From NCBI GenBank assembly GCA_002633005.1, contig NMRA01000088.1:554186-618185 (forward strand): a stretch of DNA of 64,000 bases, written 5' to 3'. The position numbers and the translations under genes were made by a program. The notes under the pieces were generated by a model. The model did not search any database. It saw only the letters and a program-made list of their open reading frames with translations, and was not told the origin of the DNA. Below are positions 51,901 to 64,000 of this stretch, piece after piece; positions within the stretch are counted from its first letter, which is position 1; each line of letters begins with the position of its first letter. This DNA is from Phoronis australis. Its lineage: Eukaryota > Animalia > Phoronida.

Positions 51901-53329
51901 CTTGAAAATTTAAGGCATTGTAACCTGTTGAATTGGGTCTTCTAAATCACCATTAAAATGATTAAAATTATTTTTCCAAATAGTTGCGTGGAGCATGATA
52001 CGGATTTTACTGCTATTGCTTAGTTTTATTTTTCTCTCACAAATAAACTTCGAGTATTATTTCATTTGAATTCGTTGAAATGAAATGACACAATGCAGAT
52101 GTCCAGTGTAGCTTGCCCCAGGGACAAGACGATAGGGCACAATAATCGTAGTTAAACTTGTGCACAACCAGCCTTGCAAGTTATCCTGTCTCTCTCCGAG
52201 GTCATGTGCAACTTGTACCCCCATCAGCTTGCCCATCCCAAGAGCTCTTGTGGACAGAATCGGTGTCAAGCAGGAAGAACTCGATCACCAGCCAACACAT
52301 TAGTAAAGCTCTGTTCACACGAGTACATTCATACCGCGACACATGTTCAGAGCAACTTTTTATTTATCTTCTCTGTCTTCACAACGGTGACAGGTTGGTG
52401 TGGTAGCTCTAGTGATTCGGCAAATTGACCCTGGGAGTCTTGCGCCGGTGCAACCTGCCGTCGCGAAACAGTTCTTGGTCTCATTAAATCTGTTAATACC
52501 TCAATTAATTTTGTGTATTACTTAAATTTAGGATGACGGTATTACAAACGTTTCCTGACAGATCCAATAAGCTATACGTATTCAAACATTACATGTACTT
52601 ACACAAAGATTTCAGAATTGCTCATGTGTACACGTGTTCTAAGGGATTAGCCGATAAACCCACCGACTCTCTAATAAGGTGGCAGACAGAACGGTGAATT
52701 ATTAAACAATTATTGTCATAGTGGACATTTACCAAAGCGGATACAGCAAATTTATAATCGATTTATTTCTCTGCATTCAGTTACTGCCGTATATATTCAA
52801 TAAAGTTGATGCTCACAGGTGGGATTTTCCCTCCGTGAACACGCAATCAAAAACGAAGCTTCGCCCATCAGAAATATACTAATAGGGTAATTGAAAAAAA
52901 CAACCGTAGTTACATCTTACATGAACAGTGTATAAAAGCCAATGAGTACTAATATATGGTCTTGATTTAGTAAACTGTATCAGTTAAACAATTCACTCAC
53001 ATTTTAAAGTCGTGTTAATGCTCACTAAGGTTCTATGCAGTTCGTGAAACAACCGGTAGGTGACAGTGTTGACGTGGCCACGTGGGTGGAGGCGCAGCGA
53101 GGTTGCGATCACCCTGTTAATTGCAACAAAGCATTCTCCCAGTTCGAAACTCCTTTTAACCCCGAGTCACACGTTCATTCTAAACTATCCCCAGGTTACA
53201 ACACTTTTTAACCTCCTAGTTGTAATTTCTGCGCTCGCTGTTAGTGACACACGCAAGTGTGACTCGAGTGAGTACAAAGTGGATTTGAATTGGAGCAACA
53301 GCTTACACTGTAGGTGTCTGCATGTAGGT

Positions 53330-53790
53330 CCTGTTGCTCGTAAGAGTGGCAGTGGGAGACCAAAGATTGCATGTTTGGAAGAAAACGATGGTGGTGTTGA
53401 GGAACTGATTGAATACAAGGAGCACAACTCGGGGAATCACAAATCTATGAGAGAAGTCGCAAGGGATTTACAAGTGAACAATTCTGTGCAAAGAATGGCT
53501 AAAAATGGAGTTAAAACTGGAGAAAGCCACTCCAAATTTTACCAAATTGAGTGGCCTCCGCTCAGTCCTGACTGCAATCCAATGGACTGTGTCATATGAG
53601 ACTCTCTGAAGGAGAATTTACCGGGGAATGAGAGGCAAATTGACTGAGCAGGCGTTAAAAGATAGCACAATTATGCCACGGGAGGAAATCTAGATGGAAT
53701 ATATACGGAAAAGCATTTTTAGTTGGAAGAAACGGCTCCGTTTAGTCGTGGAGGAAGATGGAGGCCACATTTAGCATAGACTGAAATAAG
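53330..53790 (+). mobile_element. Internally deleted Tc1/mariner transposase (maT/DD37D-like)
   Basis: RKSGSGRPK and SMREVARDLQV (HTH region) are joined almost directly to WPPLSPDCNPMD, followed by IRKSIFSWKKRLRLVVEEDGGHI. Confidence 0.88.
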
Positions 53791-55239
53791 CGAGCTTCCC
53801 TTTGATACTTTATTATTGACATGACGTTTTTAATTGGACAATACTTGCACAATACCGGAGTTGGAACGCCGCCATATTGGAAATGGGTCAGAATGTTGCA
53901 TTGTGGTTAATGCGTATTGTTCAGTAAACAAGTACGTCGGCAAGCGTGTGGGCGAACCGACCACAGGGAGGTTATACGTGTTGTGTGCCTGACTGCTATA
54001 ATAACAGTTAGCGAGATAAAGAATTTAGCTACTATCTGTTTCCCAAGGATGCAAGAACTGTGTAAAAATGGGTCAGAAACATCGGTAGAGCTGGTAGCAA
54101 AGGCCGTTTTAGTCAATTGTTTCCGACTTCGTGGCATAAAGTATTCAGCGCTCATTTTGAGGCAAGAAAACGCATCCAGGAAACTGCCCAACAATATTTC
54201 CCTTGAAAGAAACAGCAACAAATACTCCATTGCGGAGGTTAGTGAAAAAAGAATTGTTTTCGCTTGACTAGAACCAAGCCATCCTGAGCAATTTTGAGAA
54301 TAATGCCTCTGCACAATCACCTGTTACGTCGACTCACTTAACGCACACTATGCATTAACGTGCTAAGACAAAGTCCAGAATATTATTATTTACTTTCTAC
54401 GAAATTGTGGTGCACTGCTATCAAAATTCGTTGTTATATTACGATCATTTTTCCGAAAATTGTGCTGAAATCCCAGGGCGAAATCTCGCCGACAGATGCG
54501 TAGCTGCCGGTCTCGCAATCGTCGATAGGGCAACTTGAATTCTTGAATAAGAATGCAGTTTCGACTCGACAAATTACCTGAAATCCTCCTTCCAAATAGC
54601 GTCTCTAAGATTCTAAAGTTCTTGTGGAGTCTGGATTAACTGCAGATTAAGTCCAAATCTGCGCTAGATTGTAGCCCGCAACACGAGAAAAATCTCTGGA
54701 GGAACACACATGTTGTTGTCACGTGACATTTGTTTTGAAGTTTGTATGCGTGTGTGTGAGAGAGTAAGCGTGCGTGTGCTTGTCATCAGAGTTCATTTGC
54801 CAGAGTAAATGCGATGTAAGGATCTACATGTAGATGTGCATTGTAATCAAAGAAATTAAATCAAGCAGTAAAGCATAGCGTGTTTTAATATTTAACACTT
54901 GCTGGACTCATTTGCTAAAAAAACGTTCGAGAATTGTTTCGGTAAGACCGATATGTCACTCATTGAGTCGCCGGGTGAGTGGATGCGTGACCGTAGTGTA
55001 ACAGCTATTTTCCGGAACATTCGGGGTTTAAGGGTGCGAATGTGTTCACTATCAGTGGGTCATTTTGACTTTAAAAACACGAATTATGATCAGTTAATTA
55101 ATTTCTCTTAAAAGTAATGCAAAATTTTTTACGGAATTAGTAACTTTCGGAAATTAGTGCCAATATTTATTTCTTGCCAATGCTATGTTACCCGTTTCAT
55201 GAATAGATAGTTCCCGACTAAATGTCTTCGATGACTGCC

Positions 55240-55631
55240 GGTACAGTATGCAGCGCGCGCTTCTTGGCCGCGTGCTAACACTGGTCGAGTTTTTTTATTA
55301 GTCTTCGATTCACGGTTTTCACATGTACAAAGAAGTTTGGATTCCTGTTGAAGCCGGAGGAGATCTGTACCGGAAAGATAAAATACAATCCCGCTGACAA
55401 GTACGCTGCGTCTGTTTTCAAAGTCCAGACCGTACTCAGGGGCAGATTCCTCTCAAGAGCAGCAAAATTTGCGTTCTTTTTGAATAGCGACTTAAGTTTG
55501 AAGTGTACATATACTGGCATAACGGTGTGACACCTTTTTGGGACACCTGATGTGTGTGTGCTTGTGTGCGTGCGTGCGTGTGTTGGACACAGACCGGGGT
55601 TCGCCGAGTCCCTTGGGCGTTCTTATAGTAG
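55240..55631 (-). mobile_element. Possible non-autonomous Helitron-like element with (CACG)n/(CA)n microsatellite
   Basis: Minus strand begins a|tctactataag, then a microsatellite at 55550-55582, with a GC-rich hairpin-like stretch near 55250-55275. No intact CTAG end. Confidence 0.4.
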
Positions 55632-55716
55632 ATATGTACCTTGCTTTGTAGTTTTGGTACATCCTACACCACATAAACCGCCGTATGGGATAACTTTGGA
55701 TCTGGTGCCATGTAGG

Positions 55717-56079
55717 CTACGTATGTCCCTGTAGGCTGTTTATTGGTACTTTGGTACCTGTTCGATATGTCACTACCCTGTTTACACATCTGTGGCGTCG
55801 TGTAATTGAACCAATTTTCCTGTTTGCCACTGCGGAGCTGTTCACTATCCTGTTTTCACCTCTGCTGTCCTTTTTGCCCCCACGAAGCTGTTTATTGATT
55901 CGTAGGTAGGCTACATGTTCGTGTTCAGTTAAGACACTACCCTGCTTACTCATATTGCTTAGAATTGCTTTTGTCTTTGCAGTTTTCCACTTCTTGTTGT
56001 ATGTGTTACAGGCGCCTGACCAATCATAATGTGCCGCGTCATACAACTGTTTGTCGCCTAAGTCAGTGCCTGTGTCCAC
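55717..56079 (-). mobile_element. Possible Crypton/tyrosine-recombinase remnant
   Basis: ILSNMSKQG...NKQLR...ITRRHRCVNRVVTYRT loosely follows MxxxAG...NHSLR...TGHRS..GVxxY; very degenerate. Confidence 0.3.
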
Positions 56080-58299
56080 CTCCAGACATCAACAGCCGTT
56101 ACGTCTCCGCTTTCGGGCCCACAATGCTGAATTATCTATAAGATGAATAAGCTACTGCTTGGGGCCACATGCAAAAGAGGCGCCCACCTTGCAGAACGGG
56201 GCGCAAAGCTAATTTTCATTTGCGGCATTTCAGCGAGTAGTTGCGCCGAGAATGCGGTAGAATGCAAAACTCGGTGAGGCTGTAAATAGTAAACAGTCTA
56301 TGGTGTACGTATATTGTTGGCCGATTACTTCATGAGCCCGATTGCAGAAATCATTCTTAACCCAACCAGGAAACAGGAATGATGACAGTTGTAAATAATT
56401 AGATTAGTAATAAATATTTACGACCATTATAAATGATGACAGAAATAAATCAACCAACGAGAAGCTATGGATAATTATAATAATATTTAAAACAGTCAAT
56501 GGATATCCATGACATTGATAAATCAACCAGTCCGTAACCAAGCATAATGGAACCAATAACTATTTATAACAACACTATTAAACCCGACTCAGGTTGCTCT
56601 TGGCCAGCCATATACGTAAAAGTATTGCGTGCTTACACCTACATGTACATGTACAATAGTCTCGCATGCGCTAGGAGTGGGCGTAAAGAGGTGTCGAACT
56701 CGCTAGTACTAGTAGACACAAACATAACTGAGGGCCACCATACCACACGAGATGTTAACCTTAGAATGGACGTCGATACTCAGGTGGTTAGCACGTTTAT
56801 AGGAATGCCTGAACGTGCCTTCTGTGAAGTTAAAACTGGCCAAACACTCTGGATTGATTAACTGCCCAGCTTCCAAAATCGATTAATAAGACTCTATCTC
56901 AGTGAGCCGCGGGAGATGTAAAAAAAAATAACGCAACCATCTACGGTGATATTAGAGTCGTTATCAGCATCGAAATTCAGTTACACCCCAGGTTTGAAAG
57001 CGAAAGTTCTATCCACGCTTAACACTTTTGCGTGGTATAGAATAAGATTTCTTTACATGACATTCTTTCGCGGTGTCAGGAAGAATGAATTGCTCGCATA
57101 ATCAAATAGAGCAGTACGGTAATGTGTTGGAATATGTTGATTTGGTTATAATGAATACAATCGGTTGTTTTTGTTTTTTTTTCTCTTTTTGTTGAGGCGC
57201 AATGAAATGATGAGTGTGTTGTTGGTACGTAAAGTAGTCTAAATGCACGTGTGTCGCCATCTCGTGGTGAGATAGCGAACCAACCGATCAGGCAGAATGT
57301 GTTTTACTCTATTTAGTAACCAAGCGCCATAAAACTATGGACACAACAGATTAATTTGAAAACTACAACGAACTACGTATGCCTCAGTACAAATTAGCCC
57401 AGATTACTGAGGGCCCCGGACTTCTGATAGCTTGGGTGCCCAACAATTCAACCACGACGTGACAGGACAAAACAGACATAGCGTCAATGTTGCCTCTTCG
57501 GATCCGTTCCTCATCATCGCCCAACCATCTCCACTCATCTAAAATTCTACCTCCCACCCCAACTCACCCTCCACCATCCATATGCCTTTCTCGGCCAGCA
57601 ACTTTGTATTTTTTATTATTTTCAATGATCATTTGCGGCAGCCTAACTCTCCTTCCTGTTTTTGTAATCGGAGGGTCGCTTACGCATAATCTATGTTCGT
57701 CACCGGACGCATGTCGAACATAAAACTTGATATTGGTTAATTATGCGAAAGGAAATGAAGGATGCAACGAGGGCAGACAACAATCACCCACGTGTGCTTA
57801 AACCACATTGATGATATCACACAATAGATACGCCCTCATTTTGTTTGATACGATTTCATGTATTTTGGTAATGAATGGCTACCAACCTGATATCCATCTG
57901 ATCACCATTCAGTTCACTATTCATGGAAAACACATTTGATCCGATATCATTACCAGGAGTTAAGACATCATATAAATCATCACCTGTACCCTATGTACAC
58001 ACCCTGGTTTCAGATGCTGGCGGTGCGCGCCGGTTATTTGGTCCGCTCAAATCAGCGTTGTTACTAGCTTGTGCTTCCCTTGTAGATAACATACTGACAG
58101 AAGTCTCCTGCGGCTTGGCTAACTACCACCGGCAATTCGATTCCACGTTCCCACTGAAACATTGCACCTGCGAGCCCTTGTATTCGGGTTCAGAGACAAG
58201 AGGACGCATTGCTCAGGTTAAAACACGCTCTCTCAAGTCCGCCTGTGTCAGCCTTACCACAACCTACGGTAATTTTGTTTTGAATTTGTGACGCAAGTG

Positions 58300-59350
58300 G
58301 TATTTTAATACCACTATAGTAGTCCGATTGCTCTGAAACTCATCGTCATCTGTTGACATCTCTATAGAAGACCTTCTGCCAAATTTCGCAAAGATCCTTC
58401 AAAGAGTTTTAACTCTAAACCTTTAACTTTAAAAAGATACAGCCGTAAATGCAAGATAACCAAAATTGTCCCCAAGTGACACCAGAATAGTCAAAAACAT
58501 CCGAAAATCAACATCAGACAGGGTCTTCGCATCAGGAACACAACCGCCTATTTTCATAATCGTCCTTTTAGTGGCTTGGCAGATAGAGAGGCAGACGTCA
58601 AAACATACTAAAAAAATTGTACTTGCTACCAGTTGGCGCAGAAAACATCGAATCTGTCCGAAAAGGAAAATGCGTTGTAGTCATAACCTATTTGCAGAAT
58701 TTCATGAAAATACATAACTGAAATCCTAAGATACAGAGGCAAACATAAAAAAATGCTAATAGGGGGCACAGTGGTATCTTCGTCAGTTCGACACACGTTA
58801 CTGTTTGTCCACGGCTTCATGGGAATACATCTTTCAAACTTTACAAACTCCTTCAAAGGGTTAAGGAAATTTGCGCAGACGCAAAAAACGCCACCAGGGG
58901 CGACACAGCAGTCGAACCAGTCCGAAAGTGAACGTCAGCCGTAGCCTTCTCATCAGAAACACATCTGTAGTATTTTATGACGATCCTTTGAGCCGTACGG
59001 CAGACAGGACGCGAAAATTGCAGAAATGTCTACAAAGTGGCGTAACATTCGTCGAATCCGTCTGAAAATGGAATGGCGTCATTGCTTCCCTATTAAAAAC
59101 CTATTTGCCGAATTTCATGAGAATCCGTCAAGGAACTCCGAAGATACAGAGGTAAACGTAAAAAATAAAATTGCCACCAGCGGGCACAGCCGTATTCGGG
59201 TCGGTCCGAAACTCGTGCTCGTCGTTTGTCAAGTACATAGGAACACACCTGCCAAATTTCAGTAAGATCCCGTGAGGATTTTAGGAGATACAGACGCCGG
59301 ACGCCCAGACAGAGCTGACGGCAATATGCACCCACATATAAATATCTTGG
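58300..59350. repeat. Unclassified repeat with degenerate modules (aatttcatgaagatcc-like)
   Basis: Module recurs at ~58380, 58697, 59110 and 59253; acctatttgc...agatacagagg is shared between 58686 and 59099. Confidence 0.55.
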
Positions 59351-59904
59351 TGCATAAAAACTACCCATCAAGGGAGTTCTAAGTTAAATCGGCGGCGAAC
59401 GCCGGACGGGTGGGCGGACGTAAATGTGGTCTACAAATACTGTTCATGTCGGTGCTTTCACCAAGAACACCATGATCAACGTCAAGTGACAAATGCTATA
59501 ACTCTGTTGTTTCTAGTCTCTGGTTCTAATGCCTTTTCATAAGTTCATAAGTTTTTTTGTAACGGACGACTGGTGATGGGTTTAGGTAACAGACGCCAAG
59601 ACTAACATTATTTTAATGGACTCGAAAATTGACAAACCCCAGCGACTAAATTACAAAGTTTTCTCGAAGTGGGCCACGTGATTGGTCAATTTTCGAGCCG
59701 AGTCTCGAAAAAATGAAGTGATCCCGGGATCGGGTCCGTCAACGAAGAGATGGTAGTCCATTTAACGAGAAAGTGTGTATTCCCGGCTCTTGTAGAACTG
59801 GAGACGTTTTTCTTCTGAGAGTAGTGGTAAGTGTGTGGCTCCGAGTGTGCCATCGTTTATTGTAACGCAAAACACTGACAGAAAAAATACATACAAGTAA
59901 AAGA

Positions 59905-60151
59905 CTTGGAGCCCGTTCCAAGAAACTGACTTAAGTTCATTTTTACTTGAGTCTAAGATTTGTCTCAACTTCCAAACTTTGAAACTTCCACATCCGGTAA
60001 GTTAGTTAAAACTAAGGAAAACTTAAGTAAAAAACTTAAGTTAAATTTCAGATCTCTGTCTTGAAACAGACTTGAGGCAAACTTAAGTTTTATCTTAAAT
60101 CAACTACAAGATTTGTCTTAGCTAAGTCAGTTTTCTTGGAACGGGTCCCAG
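59905..60151. mobile_element. Palindromic MITE (GGGCCCGTTCCAAGAAA-type TIR) rich in cttaag motifs
   Basis: ggagcccgttccaagaaactgactta / taagtcagttttcttggaacgggtcc. Confidence 0.8.
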
Positions 60152-60764
60152 GGACGGGGTCTAATCTTCCTGAACTCGAAACTATCTGTTGACATTGTTT
60201 TGTTCTTTAGTATGAACTCAAGTTAAGTTTCTACCTTTATGCGCTCTAGTACATTAAAGTTTCACTTGATGATCGCAGAAATTATAAGTGCTAGTCTGTA
60301 CTCGGAATATCGAGTTTAATCTCGACCTTGTAGTTCGAATCTACCACGCAAGGACTTTGACTAAGATTCATCCACATAAACTATAATATACATGTACATG
60401 TACTTGAGCAAACAATAACAGACACTTACCCTAAGTTCGTTCTTAATTAGAACAGAAAGAGTCCAAATAATTTGGAGTTCTGCTTGACTTGGGAGATTAT
60501 ACCCCAGCCCCCAAAATAGCATTTCTAAATTTGTATAGGAAGCGCAATTCAGGTTTATTAGACCTTCATTCCATTATAAAAGAAAATATAAAAACTTAAT
60601 TCTCAGTTCATGTTCCGAGTTCCGAAAGTGGACTTGGGGAACAGTTGGATATAAAAATCCTAGATTTCCGATCTTTGCGATGTCTTCATGCATACACGCC
60701 CTTCTAACACTGGAGAGAATGTCCCTACGTCAACACCCCGAAAATGCCCTTCGATTCTCCACTG

Positions 60765-60911
60765 CTATGCTTTCATCTCTAACAGCTCCTGTTCTTGGTC
60801 GGTTTTCCCAGCCTCTTCCGACAACCGTCCAGTCCGCGGGTCGTAACGAGTGCGGTAGCTCTCTAGAGATGGTCCCCAGTCGTGCGCCGGACGAATCAAC
60901 GCTTTTAGGCG
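60765..60911 (-). CDS. SLC6 transporter last coding exon (cytosolic C-terminus); probably the amino-acid transporter (GlyT/PROT/ATB0+/NAT-like) branch
   Basis: Acceptor ttttcttttaacAG, then RLKALIRPAHDWGPSLESYRTRYDPRTGRLSEEAGKTDQEQELLEMKA*. RLxxxxxPxxDWGP is typical of SLC6 amino-acid transporters. Candidate AATAAA on the minus strand at 60554-60559. Confidence 0.92.
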   Translation of the reverse strand, partial: RLKALIRPAHDWGPSLESYRTRYDPRTGRLSEEAGKTDQEQELLEMKA

Positions 60912-61484
60912 CTGTTAAAAGAAAACGTGATCGGGAATTTGGTGTGTAGATTATGTTGCCACTGCTATTTAGGGCTATTTCAATCGTCTAACTATGAACG
61001 TAAGTTGAGCAGTGTAGCAAATAAAACCATAAGAGCGAGACTTCATGTTTCAAACAATGGTGATCAGAGTCGAATGTTTTGATTTCATTTTACGATGGCC
61101 TCAAAAAATCCAGTCGTGAAATATGGCATCATAAACACTTTTTGTTCTTTATGGCTATATAGTGCGAATGGAGCCATACATGTAGGCATTATTTTTTACT
61201 TTAAAACTGTTTCATTATTTTACCTTATTGTGAAGTTGAAAAGAATTGATCCACCGAAGCAGGGCTCAGTATAACTTTGACAGAATAATTTATCAAATCT
61301 AACTTAATTTAAGAACAGTGAATACGGCGGTTACATAACTGAAATTGCTCGACAATTCATTTCTTAGAGAATAGACTAATTTCATTTGGCGCTAAAATTT
61401 TCACAGCTCTAAAACGGATTGCCGTTCCGTCCTCTAAATACACACTCTCAAGTGCGTGTTGATTGGTTTTACTACATCATTTAC

Positions 61485-61652
61485 CTCCATAAACGTCCCC
61501 TTTGCGTTCCACAAAGCGTAGCCCATATACGCCGGAATGGGTATGACCGAAAGCGAGGCTATGACCCACCCAATCCCAATGGAGTAATCTGGATATTTGT
61601 ACTCTCCCATGGTGGGGGCGCTGTAACCGACCAAGTTGTACAGCAAGGCACT
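61485..61652 (-). CDS. SLC6 transporter penultimate coding exon (TM12 region)
   Basis: 168-bp phase-0 exon between ttgctccttccAG and GTaaat. It translates to SALLYNLVGYSAPTMGEYKYPDYSIGIGWVIASLSVIPIPAYMGYALWNAKGTFME (YxYPxxxxxIGW, TM12) and splices in frame with both neighbouring exons. Confidence 0.95.
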
Positions 61653-61995
61653 CTGGAAGGAGCAAGCAAAATAATGGCTGTGAGGCAGCATGCTATAATA
61701 TGCAAACAGCAATACGACAAGATACAGATCGAAGCTCATCAGCTGGCCAGTTGCTTCCAAGCAACAGTGGAAATCTGGAGACTTTCTTAGACTGTGTTTT
61801 TATGTAGTTTGCGCTAGTCATTCGCAAGTTACAGTTCGTAATGGAACTTGCGTTGGGTACCGATGTATGCTTTGCATGTTCTTGGGTATTCGAACCACAC
61901 TTGGATTTAGCGTTTGTAAAGAATGCTAAGTGTTGTGTATATCGCCAAATCTTGATAATAATCGAAGATGTCCGTAACGAAAAACAAACATATTC

Positions 61996-63117
61996 CACAG
62001 GTGTCCTCAGCTTCTGATGGTCCCCAATACACTACATATATAATACTCAAGGTATGACACTCGGGGCTAGAAATTCCACGGGTGTTTCGATTCAGCCGTC
62101 CATATCAAACGCATAACTCAATAAATTTACACAAAACAGAGATTCAACAAACCATGAGCAATTGCTCTTTCTTATAATACCATTCACGGTGTCCTGCTCC
62201 AGCGAGTTCGCAAGAAATTCACAGTCAAAGCACAAAAATGTTCCCAAAAACCCAAACATACCTCGCACTTTGACAGCTCGAGGTCAAGAACGGTACAGAA
62301 GTTGCCGGTTAATCGCGCAAAGTCACGATGTCGACAACGCCGTCCATCCGTAACTCATCGGTAATTTCCGTTCCGTCATCGACCTCGAACCGCCAAAGTG
62401 CGAGGTGTGTTTGGGTTTCTGGGAACATTTTTGTGCTTTGACTGCGAATTTCTTGCGAACTCGCCGGATCAGGACACCGTGAATGGTATTATAAGAAAGA
62501 ACAATTGCTCATGGTTTATTGAACCCTGTTTTGTGTAAATTTATTGAGTTTTGTGTTTGAAGCACCCGTGTAATTTCTAGTCCCCAGTGTCTTACCTTGT
62601 GGTATTATATGTAGTNCACAATTAAGTTTAAGTGGTTTCTCTAATACATTTTACTCTTCTCTTTTGAGAGCTTCAAGATACATTGAGTCCTGTACTCATG
62701 CTGTGGATTATCTGTCTATCATGTAACTCAACATAGATTATCATACTAAAAAGATTTACAGATCTTGATTTTTGCAGCCTAGTGACAATACACACATCCT
62801 GAATGGAACAAACCTCCTAATTTTTGTTTAGTTTCCCTATGTGCCGTCCTTTTAAAAAGAAAAAGACATCCAAACAGTGTGCTAAATAAAGAAATGACCT
62901 TTTTTATGTAACAATTTTTTCCTCACCGGGTGGGGGAATTCCCCCATCTCCCCCCACCTCCCCCCCCCAACTTCCCCCCCATCAGCGCTACGCGCCTCAG
63001 ATTTGCGCTTTGCACGAGTCGTCAGTCTCACGAATTTGGACCCCCAATTTTCAAATCCTAGATGAGTCCCTGTATGTAGTGTATTGGGGACGCGATTAGA
63101 AACTGAGGACGCCTGTG
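61996..63117. mobile_element. Foldback element in an SLC6 intron, right arm split by an insertion
   Basis: Left arm 61996-62262 is the reverse complement of 62409-62615 plus 63073-63117. Confidence 0.88.
62616..63072. mobile_element. hAT-like insertion with 8-bp TSD; left end lost at an N
   Basis: tatgtagt at 62608-62615 and 63073-63080; right end ...gagtccctg; N at 62616. Confidence 0.65.
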
Positions 63118-63795
63118 CTGTATTCGAGATGGCGGACTTACTAACTACAGAGATCGCCGTAAGAGGCGCTTACGTACACCAATACACTACACCAAGTCAT
63201 GAGCTATGGAAAATATCCCCAGATAAAGAAAGCTTAGCTCTTTAATCAGCGGTTTAGCAGGAGTGTAACATCGGGAATAAGTCAGTGTGATTCCTGGCTG
63301 CTTTCTTCCGTACGTTGAGAGGATGGGAGTTTTCGAAACTCTAGGTGTTAATCGTGTAAGATTGGATACGACAAAATACGTGCATTGTAGAATTATGACA
63401 AAGGTGGGTTTTTTCTGCAATAAGTAAATATTTAAGCTCAAAAGAGTCCTGCGTGTATTGGCTAGTAGGTTATTTCATTAAATACTTCGTGTACGTGTCT
63501 GTTCCAAGACAAAGTGCTGTCGAGAAATAATCCAAGTGACACATTAAGAAGGAAGTGAAGTACAATTGAGTGCTCTGTCGAGCTTCTCTGCCAGATACCT
63601 AGTGACGCATTGTGTGAATTCTCCAAACCCGGTGGAAACCAGCACTCGACAACTGTAGTCAGTCATGAAACTAAACAGAGATATTAACAAGCAATACCTC
63701 AGAGTTGGTCTATTATTTGACCTAGTATAGCAGGGGTGCAATTTTTGAAATTCTACAGATGACGCATTGTCTTGAGATGTGAATGATTAACTTAC

Positions 63796-63896
63796 CGTCA
63801 TGAGAAGTGGAGTTAATCCTCGCCACAAAAATTCCCAAACAATACTCGGCATATTGTTAGTCATCATGGCGACTTCTCTCCGAAAGCGTGTGGCAC
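63796..63896 (-). CDS. SLC6 (Na+/Cl- dependent neurotransmitter/amino-acid symporter) internal coding exon, loop before TM11 plus TM11
   Basis: 101-bp exon between acceptor ttttctttctgttaAG and donor GTaagt on the minus strand. It translates to (G)ATRFRREVAMMTNNMPSIVWEFLWRGLTPLLMT, matching the SLC6 pattern GxxRFxxDIxxMxGxxPxxxWxxxWxxxTP. Not in the ORF track. Confidence 0.93.
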
Positions 63897-64000
63897 CTTA
63901 ACAGAAAGAAAATCATTCATCTCAATGAGAAAATGTATGTCCAACCCTCTGGAAACTAAGCCTTCCCGGATGTTGCGGGGCCAAGTTCCATCTGATGGGT

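Noticed and set aside
53060-53599. Longest ORF (179 aa) as a functional gene
   Set aside because: Only its 3' half is transposase-derived, the catalytic core is deleted and stops follow, so it is a pseudogene fragment.
60290-60350. B-box-like gtagttcgaatctac hairpin as a tRNA
   Set aside because: No A box, D arm or acceptor stem.
61434-61760. ORF-track boundaries for the SLC6 segment
   Set aside because: The true exon is 61485-61652; the extra residues at each end are intronic.

Overview
AT-rich, repeat-dense eukaryotic genomic DNA, most likely from a marine invertebrate animal (inferred from repeat types and intron structure; the taxon cannot be fixed from sequence). The only well-supported host gene is the 3' end of an intron-containing SLC6 Na+/Cl- dependent transporter on the minus strand (coding exons 63796-63896, 61485-61652, 60765-60911). 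The remaining ~60 kb is mostly transposon-derived. It contains a TTAA-flanked Kolobok-like element with a THAP fragment, further TTAA-ended non-autonomous elements, and several CA..TG-ended MITE families with 5-, 6- or 8-bp target duplications, one of which carries a tRNA-like Pol III promoter. It also holds foldback elements and decayed Academ, Penelope-like (one with a hammerhead-ribozyme motif), Tc1/mariner, LINE and possibly Crypton fragments. The palindrome TACATGTA is about tenfold over-represented. Nearly all ORFs in the supplied track are spurious. I find no prokaryotic features or CRISPR array and no clearly new biological system; the best leads are listed as findings.
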